Source: the human T2T-CHM13v2.0 reference genome, Homo sapiens
Strand: one strand, 5' to 3'
DNA: 64,000 bases
NCBI RefSeq assembly: GCF_009914755.1
Contig: NC_060939.1
Shown: one piece after another, positions 54,089-64,000 of the stretch
How positions within the stretch are numbered: the first letter of the stretch is position 1
How the letters are laid out: every line of letters starts with the position of its first letter
The notes under the pieces: generated by a model
Database searches by the model: none
What the model saw: the letters and a program-made list of their open reading frames with translations, nothing else
What the model was told of the DNA's origin: nothing
Position numbers and translations under genes: made by a program

Positions 54089-55924
54089 TTATTATGGAGT
54101 TTTTACACATACAAAATAGAATTGTACAATAATTCCCCATGTGCTTATCAATCAGCTTCAATCATTATCCACATTCAGCAGTCTTGTTCTTGAAGGCCTT
54201 TTAAGTGGACCCTCAGAAATAAAAAATGAACTTTGTAGGATTTCAGGCATTGGAGTGGGGTCTATAGTATGGTTGTGCAAGGGTTCTCTTGTTCAGTCCA
54301 TGGAGAATGAGGGGAAAAAAAAAGAAGCACTGTGTTCAACAGGCCCAGCCATGGAGAGCTGTGCTGTCTACAGTTCTATCAAAGGCAGGAAGGTGGATTG
54401 GATGCTGGTGGAAGGGGGAAGCGGGTTTCCAACCCCAGTGGAAAGTACAAAATGTTGGAAGACTCTTTAGAGTTAAAAGAAATGCAAATTAGCACAGCCC
54501 ACTTCTCCCACCAAAACAAATTGCATGTTTGTGATAGCCAAGTAAGATTAATGCTCAGATGTCACCATCTGAGAAACAGTCTTGAATCAGGATTCATTTG
54601 TTTTGACCTCGCTCTGGTCCTCTCTGCTCCTAGTTAATGATTTACAAGTGACACCTTGGAAACAGCTAAGGGGTCCTCTCTCCCTGTCCTTTTTAAGGGC
54701 AGGAAGTAATCCTGTGCCTGGGGACTATCCCATCACCCCTTATTAGAGCTGCACCCAGGACACTGTTGGAGCTGACCAGAGCTTTGTTCAATGAGATGGC
54801 AGGTCCCCAGCCTGACACTCTGCTGACAGCTGCTGTTTCCTTTCTCTCTCTCCCTCATGCCAGAAGGACATTTATGTAAGCACCACTGGCTCAGGACTGA
54901 GTAGAACAAGTTAAGAAATGACAAGGCTAGACTCAGCAGGATGGTGGCGTGCATTCTCCCGTACTGAGGAAGCACAGCCCAGAACTGCCAAGATGAGCTT
55001 GAGTCACTCTCAGGAGATTCCCGTCCTGGGGGTTTCTTCTCCTGTCATGCTCTTCAGTGCCCACAACTTTATTCCTGGGATGGAGGCAGCTGCCAGCCCT
55101 AATACCTAGCTCACAGGGGAGTTGTGAGTATCAAATGAGATTGTGAATGAGGAGGCATTTTGTTAACTGCAAAACGCCATGCAATTTTAAAGGACTGTCA
55201 TTTCCACTACTCTTCTCCTTATACCTGGACACCTGCCTCCCATACCAAGTTGTACCTCCTTTCAGCCTGAAGTTCAAGTCTTTTTACTGAAGAGGAAAGC
55301 TTCATTCAGGATCTATTTCTGAATGACAGCCACTCCTGCAAAGAATCTACCAATATTTATCATTCACATGCAAAAATGTGTCATACATATTTAGCAAGCG
55401 CCCCATGAATTTCTTGTGCCTAGCAACCAAAACAGAAAAAGGAACATATGGAATCTGTGGTTGTTTGATACCAATTTGATCTGAATGAACAAACAAATTA
55501 GCCCATTTTTCCAAATATGAACCTGGTACCACTAGTATTGCCTGTGAGTGGAGATAAATACGCTCTTGCTACTTGTATTTTATTAGCTATTTCTATTCTT
55601 TCAAAATGCAATATTTATTCTTGGGAAAGAGAAAGAACCACTGGATCTAATACATGTGTCTTTGGACACTCCAGAGCACTTCCCTATTCCCTGCTTTTTC
55701 CAAGTCAAAACATTTGAACTTCAAGATTCTTTCCTCCCTACTAAGCCATTGTATCAGGCATCACAGCAGTCACAATTTTCTCCAGAGGAAAGCATATGGC
55801 CCTTAACTCCACTTCAGGCAGTGAACCCTGTGGGAGGGTGCGAATAGAAAGAAGCCAGAACAAAAAACATCTTTTCTGTTGGGCTGTTGTCTGAAAGGTG
55901 CCTCTGCTCTGAGGAGGCAGATTC

Positions 55925-56122
55925 CAGCTCTACATAAGGAAGAACTTTCAAGCAATCAGGGTGGCCAGAAGATAGAGTGGACTCTCTCAAAGAGAATCAG
56001 CTCCTCACCAGCAAGTGTGGGCAGCCACTTGGAATTGATTCTGTACAGGGAGTTTCAAAGTACAAGATGGTGGACTAGTTGCACAAAATGGCCCTGCCAA
56101 CCCTAGGAGCCTATGGGTCTAC
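55925..56122 (+). mobile_element. L3/CR1 LINE 3' end
   Basis: TAAGGAAGAACTTT...CCACTTGG...GGTGGACTAG.TG...GGCCCTGCCAACCCTAGGAGCCTATG follows the CR1/L3 3' consensus order. Confidence 0.6.
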
Positions 56123-56559
56123 AAGAGAGCTGAACAGTTTCATAACAAAACACAGGAGGTCTCCTCTGTGATATTGTTTGAATGAAATGGAAAGATCCTG
56201 CTTAAAAATATCTTCTTCATTGACACCTGAAATTCTGTCATCAGTAATTTCTTCCTTTGAGTCAAGCATTTCTCTTTTCCTGAGGTCTTTTCCTTTCTTT
56301 GGGAAGGTGTAACAATTTTACAACTTCATCCTTGGAAGAAAAGAACTTACAAAGATCTTTTTCCCCCTCTTCTGAGAGAAAAAAAGATGGAAACCCATAA
56401 AAATCACTGAGTGGGAAGCAAAAGAAGAAAGAGGAAAAGGAAAAGGAAAAGGAAGGGAGGGAGGGAGCGAGTATCCTCTTGCAGAAAGAACTTTGATAAA
56501 CTCAGTGTGCCAATGACCACATCTGATCACCTAGGTTATTATTGGTACTGATAATCATT

Positions 56560-56790
56560 ATTAAAATAAATAATGGTTTGAGCATTTAGTAGGTATCAGG
56601 CACTGCGAAGAGCTCTTAACAAACAGAATCGAACAAAACTTCCAAGAACCCAATGAGGTTTTATTATTCCCATTTTACAGATCTGTAAACTAAGGTTTAG
56701 CAAGGTTAGGTACCTACCTAGATCACATAGCTAGAAAATGGAAGAGTCAAGAAGCTAATTCAGTGTCTGATCCACAGTTGGGATTCAGTA
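56560..56790 (-). mobile_element. MIR SINE
   Basis: TTGAGCATTTAGTAGGTATCAGGCACTG, ATTATTCCCATTTTACAGAT...AAACTAAGG, GATCACATAGCTAG. Confidence 0.8.
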
Positions 56791-57947
56791 AATACTTACA
56801 GAATGAATACATCAAATTTTAATCAGAGAGAGATGATCATGGGACACTCCTGTATCATAAATCACTACCATTTTTATAGGGCAGTTTGACTCTAAAACCT
56901 GGGCTTATGACCACTCTCCAGCTGCCTGTCATCCTCCTATTTTTCTCATTTAATGACTTCAACCTTAGAGATCCCCCAAACACAAACACATGCTACCTGT
57001 GAAATCTACCCTGAAAAAAGTATGCGAACAAATGAAATTAGAGTTTCCCTTCCACTTTTCTTAAGACATTACTTTTTCTACCCACTATTGACCTCCCTTT
57101 TCCTCATTCCTTAAAAAGAAATTGTTACATCATTGTATTTTCTCACCTAGGAAAGTCTCCGTAAGTAGCAGCCACCCTCATTTCAACACCCTGGGACCCC
57201 AGGACCGCCAGAGAGAGGTGTGGTAAGGAGAGCAAATATATCAGAGTGAGGAATAAATGCCTGCCGAGCTCATTAGCACCCAGGCACAGAGAAGGAGCCT
57301 GCTATTTTTATCAAATGTACCTTCGCTTAAATAAATTGCAGAGAAACTTGACAGAAAAAGGGTTCCTTTGGAAATTTTTGTTCCTTCTAATAAAGACAGA
57401 CTATCTTGTATGCCCTTTCTAGCCTGGTAGCTATCCTCAGACCTGTAACATGTGGGGTTGGAAAGCCACCTGTGTACATTTTTACATTTGCTCCCTCATG
57501 AAATCTCTATCTCAGCCGCTTGCTTTTCGGTTCTAGCCCAGGCACAAACCTGACGGGAAACATATAAAAGCTTTGTAGCTCAGGTGGAGTGCCACCTCTA
57601 TGACCGGGAATTAGGGCTTTGCCTCTTTCCTGTGATTCACCAGCAGAGTTTTGATCACTCAGTGTAGTTCCAATGATATGATTCCTTTAGCCAAGACTAG
57701 TTCATGACCCAACGCATGAGCTGAATTCAATTTTTTTAGATGAGAATTTAATTATACCCACTTGCTTTCTCATGCACAACTTTGCCAGCGTTTTAGGGAT
57801 GCTCCAGGATTATTTCCTAGCCTGGTTGTGCATCATGCCTATCCTCAACCCTTGGGCCAAAATATTTGTCTTAAGCTCAGGAGTCATAGCCACCTGGAAC
57901 CTCTGTGCTGACAGCTTACACTTGCAGAATTAGCTCCCATTACTTAA

Positions 57948-57982
57948 ACACACACACACACACACACACGCATGTGTGTGTG
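57948..57982. repeat. (CA)n-GCAT-(GT)n alternating purine/pyrimidine tract
   Basis: Seen directly. Confidence 0.95.
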
Positions 57983-58024
57983 ATACTTACTGATTGTTTT
58001 CAATAAAAGACAAAAATGAGCCTA

Positions 58025-58168
58025 GGCCAGACATGATGGCTCATGCCTATAATCCCAGCAATGTGCAAAGCAGAGGTGAGAGGATCACTTGAGCCCAGGA
58101 GTTCTATGTTCTCCCTGGGCAGCACAGGGAGACTCTGCCTCTATTTGTAAAACAAAACAAAACAAAAC
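58025..58168 (+). mobile_element. FLAM (free left Alu monomer)
   Basis: GGCCAGACATGATGGCTCATGCCTATAATCCCAGCA...GGATCACTTGAGCCCAGGAGTTC; single monomer with (AAAAC)n tail. Confidence 0.85.
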
Positions 58169-58584
58169 CTAAAAATACTTTTCCCTCCACTCTTCCTCCC
58201 AAAAGCAAATTTCAGGAGATGTTCTGTGACTTTCTGTCTCATAAGCTAGTTTTTTCCAGAATCTCCAAAATTAGTTGCTTCTTGAATATTCTCATTAATT
58301 ACTAACATTCTCATATTGACTTTTTGAAGATTTGGCAAAATATATCAACAAATTTTAAGACATGCCTACTCTGTAATCCAGCTATTCTAAAGACACAATC
58401 TGGTAAGTCCGCAAAGATTTTCACTCCTCTATTGGTATCATAGCAACAATTGATAACAACCAAAGTATCCAAAATTAGGGATCTGCTCTAGTAAGTTGTG
58501 GTACCACCATATCATAGGACTTTTGTCTACTAGTTAAAACCATGTTGTTAAGGTATTTGTTGGTGTAGAAAATATTAACCATCT

Positions 58585-58879
58585 CTCTTTTTTTTTTTTT
58601 TTGAGACAGGGTTTCACTCGCCCAGGATGGGGGGACTGGCGCGATCTCGGCTCACTGCAACCTCCACCTCCCACGCTCAAGTGATTCTAGTGCCTCAGCC
58701 TCCCAAGAGACTGGGATTACAGATGTGTGCCATCACACTCCACTAATTTTTATATTTTTAGTAGAGACAGGGTTTCACCATGTTAGCCCGACTGGTCTTG
58801 GGCTCCTGGCCTCAAGTGATCTGCCCACTTCGGCCTCCCAAAGTGCTTGGATTACAGGCGTGAGCCACCACACCCAGCC
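58585..58879 (-). mobile_element. AluS (Sz-like), inserted in an old L1ME 3' fragment (~58320-59110)
   Basis: CCTGGCCTCAAGTGATCTGCCC. TSD TTAACCATCT. Confidence 0.92.
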
Positions 58880-59828
58880 TTAACCATCTATTACTAAGCG
58901 GAAAAAAGGTACAAAACAGTATGTACAGAGAGGCAACCTCTGGAAAAGCAACCTCTATGGTCGTAAGTGTATCTATCTATCTAGTAGAAATTCTTACATG
59001 AGTATACACCAAAGGACAGACACAAATTAACAATAGTTCTCTTTGGGTGATAGAATTTTGTTCATTGTAATTTTTCTCTGCTCTGAATATTCATTATTTT
59101 TTAATTAGTGGGAAACAAATGATCTTTTTAAAAGAAAAAGTGCTGCTTTTTATTTCCTCTCTTGTCTCTGAAATCCTGGAAATTAGCTAAGAAGAGGATC
59201 ACAGGTCAGACCCGGCTGCTGCTCCAAGATATTCACTTCAGCTTCCACATGGTTTTCACTCTGTTCTAACTGCACTGAGCAAATCACAGTTCTCAGGAGA
59301 CTAAGACCAAACCCCTTCTCTAAAGATTGGCCTGCAGTCTCTTTTTAGAATTTTGTCTCCTTGCAATCTCTTTAGAAGTATAGAAAACCACTATTTGAGA
59401 ATATATGCATTTCCTTCCTAACATTTCTAGATTTCTCTCTTGACAATCTAAAGTTTAGCATTTGATGAGTCAAGAAACCATGTAGAATGGAAAGTATACC
59501 ATACTATAAGTCAGAGAATAAATACCATAAGTCAGAGTCAAAGTATACCATACTATAACTCTGTCTTATCTGTGTTAAAACTAATTGTGGTTTTGGACAT
59601 GTTGCCCAAACTGAGACCCAGAGTTTTTGCCCCTCTAAAGAAAAATGAGTACCACTCATTCTGTCTACTCTGCCTACTCTATAGACAGAGGTTGCAAAAA
59701 CCAAATAAGCTGATACATGAGCAGGAGGTACTAGATCTATTCAAATATCTGCTATCACTATCATGATTGCTATTATTGTCATTCTTGTTACTATTACTGC
59801 TCTCTCAACTAAAGAAACAAACAGATGA

Positions 59829-60224
<396 letters not shown>

Positions 60225-62457
60225 TGAGATCATATTTTTATACATTGTTATAAAAGACAAGACTTGCCTTTATGATGTCAGATGCATATAGTCTGCTTGC
60301 TTCTTAGGAAGAAGACCCTTGAACTCTATTGCTCATGCTCTTTTTCATCTACTCTTAGCTGCCCCTCACCTCTGCCTCTTTTCCTTGTAAAGAAGGGCCA
60401 TGCTCAAGCTATTTCCTTTGGTTTTCTCTTACATATCGTCTGTGTCGTTAGTGCTAGCTCAGAGCTAAACATGTAAAAGTACTATATTCAGTAGATATGT
60501 GCTAAAAGAATAAATACATTCGCTGAACACCTTTTAGGCAAAGCATAGTGATGGAAAAAAAGCAGGGGAAGAGAGAAATTTCTAAACAGCACTGGGAAAC
60601 ATTGACCAATGAGCATGCAGCACAAGACACCCGCAGGCTCCTGGAAGAGAGAGAAGACCCCACAGAGAAGCTGCAGTCAGGATGGGTGGGATTCGCGGGT
60701 CCTCTTCAAGGTCTTGGGGATCTTGAGCTCTATCTAGGACCACCATGCTGGCCAGGGTTCTGGAAGAAGCAGCAAAGAATTTGGTTTCTCGGGGTGGTGA
60801 CAAAGGGAGAGCCACCCAAGGTGCTTCTAGAGATAAACACACACCCAGAGGTAATCCTCTGACCTAGACTAAGCCCAGGAACATAAGACCTCAGAGCTAA
60901 TGAGCCACATACCTACCCAAGGTGAAAGCTCCTTCTCTCGCAATGTGTAACTCATGATTCTCATGACCCCTGGTTGGAGAGATCCGGACTAGGAGCCAGG
61001 GGGCCTCTGATTCTGCCAGCCACTGCTAATAACCTCTCTCCACCCCAGGTCAACCTTCCTGACAATTTGAGAAGCTCTTTATCTTAATCCTACCCTACCT
61101 CAACTTCCATCTAACCTGGAATTCCTTATTCCAGCTTACTTTCCAGATCTAAGTTCTAGCTACAAATTGAAGGTGTAAATGGGATGACCTTTCCTATCCA
61201 CGTCAAGATTCCATGAGTGTATATTTTTAGTTACTTATTCAGTCAATAAACTTGTGTGAAGCTGTGCTATATGCCAGCAACTCTAGGTACAAAGATGACA
61301 ATTATGTGGCACTGCCACAGAAAACCTCACTGTCTCATGCCCTGCAAAGACACACAAGAAGAGAACCTTTGGCGGGGCAAAGGGGGTGGGGGAAACCTCC
61401 TATGAAGGCTGTCCTGAGAGAGAGGTAGAAGATCAGTATTCCAAGTCTTCTGAGACCTCATCTAGCAGCTTCCTGAAGGCAATATCATGAAGTGTTAAAC
61501 TTGGCTTCAACATCACACTGCATGGGCTGGAATCTGTCAAGTGTCTGGTGGCTGTGGCCAATGAGGTTGTGAGAAATGGACCAGTTCACAGCACATACCT
61601 GTCAAGTTGATATCACATCTAGATATTTTGTTCTCCTCTTCTGAAAAAAAAATTCATATAATAGCAATTAGCACTCTCTTTCCAGGGCTATGTGTGGGGG
61701 TTGAGTGAGGTAATTCATGTAAAGCATGAGATCTGGAACATGGTAAATATTTAGCACATACTCGGCGTTTTTGAGATTATGAATAGAATCTTTAGACTAG
61801 ATTTCATATAAAAAGACTTCAGATATTTCTTTTTAAAATTATGTTTCAGAAAATAAACATATGGAGGAAAGATAACATAAAATTGTACAAAAAGGAAGGA
61901 GTTCATTGAAGAAAACAATCATTTGCAAAAAGCTTGGCCCCCACCTGGAGACAGGTACAACAGATAAAGCTCCCCAGATCAACTGTCTCAGAGGTATCAA
62001 AACTCACCAATTCTATATTTAGGCATCCATATGTTCCTGCTGCCAGAGTTGCCCATAGATACAAACATTTCAGGGCACACAGCAGCAGTTTTCAGAAAGA
62101 TTTCCCTTTTAGGAGAGGGAGATGCTACAAAGCTTAATCGGTTCTAAGTGATTCTCAAATATTGTATCAATTTACAGCAGAAAGGTCACTGTGAATAAAC
62201 ATGAGGATTCTGTTCAGTGTCTGGGATTTAGCAGACTAACTCCCACTAATGTTCATGGGGCCATGCTGCCAAATCCCCAACCATCACCCTGCATATTTGC
62301 TCCAATCCCTAACTTTTGAGATTGAAATGTCTTTTCCAAATCAAAGCTGATCCTGAAACAGGCCCAATGAGCCTCTGTATGGTTAGACAGGGACAGTGTG
62401 GCTGAAGCCTGGGGACATGGCAGTGCTCAAAGAAATGGTATTAAGAGGGTTTGTTGG

Positions 62458-62619
62458 AGCCAGGCATGGTGGTGCATGCCGGTAGTCCCAGCTACCTTAG
62501 AAGCTGAAGTGGGAGATCGCTTGAGCGATCTTGAGGTTTTGAGGTTGCAGTGAGCCACAGTCATGCTACTGCACTCCAGCCTGGACAACACAGCAAGATA
62601 CTGTCGAAAAAAAAAAAAA
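62458..62619 (+). mobile_element. FRAM (free right Alu monomer)
   Basis: AGCCAGGCATGGTGGTGCATGCC.GTAGTCCCAGCTAC...CTGCACTCCAGCCTGG plus poly(A). Degenerate TSD TTTGTTG(G/A)A. Confidence 0.85.
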
Positions 62620-63391
62620 GTCTTTGTTGAAAGACATGTCTTCACATTGTCTACCCAATTCAGCTCAGCTTCCTTTGCCTGATGTGCAACACAGTCCATT
62701 CCCCAAACTCACCTCCCATGACTTCTCCCTGTGAGCTCCAGACAAAACAAGATTCCCCAGTTCTCAGCCAGAGGCGAATGTTTATGTTTTTTCCTACCCA
62801 CTTCTCTCTTCTTTGGGGGAACCCACCTCAATACTACCTTGTTGGTGAAGTTTTTTGATACCAACCTGGGATCATCATTGTTTCCAAACACTGCAGATTC
62901 TGAGCTCCATGAGATAAGCTCACATCTCTCCAGCCTCCCTCATGGGCCCAGGAGTATTGGCTCGGCTCCTTCTAGAACAGCTCACATTTTTTGGACAGCT
63001 TCTCCAACCTACTCCACCCACATCTATCTGCTCTGAATCTAACCTAGGACTCCATGTCTCAGTCAGGTTCAAGATGAAGTGGCTCCTGCTGCAGACCCTG
63101 ATCAACACCCAGACTTTTCATATTCAGAAAATCAAAACCAGGTCACAGCTTCCAGGAGTCTATCCAGCTTCTGCTGATCTGCTCAGAGGACTGACTGGCC
63201 CACAACATCTGCTCCCAGGTCAGACCAGGGTGTCCACAAGGCAAGGTCCAGGATACCCAGCCGCTGTCCACCACAATGTGATGGGATGACACAGGTACTG
63301 GCCACACAAATGGCAGATAGATAGCACTGGCCATCCATGGAGAGGCGCCTGGGCTGAGTGATGAGTCTCAGAATTATTTCACCCCCTTGGC

Positions 63392-63422
<31 letters not shown>

Positions 63423-63427
63423 TATTT

Positions 63428-63490
<63 letters not shown>
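63392..63490. repeat. Compound microsatellite A27-(TA)n-(GA)n
   Basis: Seen directly. Confidence 0.97.
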
Positions 63491-63492
<2 letters not shown>

Positions 63493-64000
63493 AAGGAAAA
63501 CTTTGTTGGTGGTAAAGTCTTTCCATGCTTTATTGATAAAAAGCTTTTCTATCCTTCCACCTCCCCAACTCACATGTACACACAGCAGATGTGTTGTTTC
63601 CTTCCTTGGAGCTCAGAATACTTTGAGCACTGACTAAGGCATAGATCCCATTCTGCCTTCTAGGGTTGTCTTATTTTTCTCAGGTTGGCTGCAGGCCTGG
63701 TGAGAGTAGGGAGGGCATCATACCTGTCTGTATATTTCCTGTAATACCTCATACACAGCCTTGCACACCATCGGTGTTCAGGAAACCACTGGATTGAAGA
63801 ACTTTCTATTCCTTGGTATTTTTGGAGATTTAGGCCTTTTAAGAAAAGGAGTTGAAAGTTGGGGAAATGGAGATATATTTACAGATGATAGATCCTTTAT
63901 GTATTAAGTTAGATAAACATGTTTTAGAAAACATCCCTCCTCTTTGGAGTCAGGAAGAACTGGTCCATTTCTCACAACCTCATTGGCCACAGCCAACAGA

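Overview
Primate (very probably human or great-ape) non-coding genomic DNA, intergenic or deep intronic, with a large fraction made of interspersed repeats: about 20 Alu-family copies (FAM, FLAM, FRAM, J, S, Y, and one Y copy with a 12-bp left-arm deletion), L1PA/L1MA/L1MB/L1M fragments, L2, L3/CR1, many MIRs, ERV/MaLR LTRs (THE1B, MLT1, MLT2, MER39, MER34, MER57, LTR47, LTR41-like) and hAT DNA transposons (MER63, MER3, MER5). I find no credible protein-coding gene, RNA gene or CRISPR array. The ORF track is explained by Alu/L1 remnants, microsatellites and chance, and I cannot name the locus. I cannot demonstrate a new biological system. The most notable features not explained by repeat families are: (1) an ancient ~765-bp direct duplication (26283-27045 / 32421-33185); (2) an 83-bp, 88%-identical inverted repeat (46048-46130 / 46663-46745) bounding a ~470-bp insert that splits a MIR; (3) a lone CpG-rich element (38990-39405) with OTX-type palindrome, SOX, TFAP2 and YY1-like motifs and a C16 tract; (4) an L1 3'UTR whose G-rich tract appears replaced by a scrambled inverted copy of the adjacent sequence. 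Repeat subfamily names come from my recollection of consensus sequences, not from a RepeatMasker/Dfam run. Boundaries of old elements are approximate.
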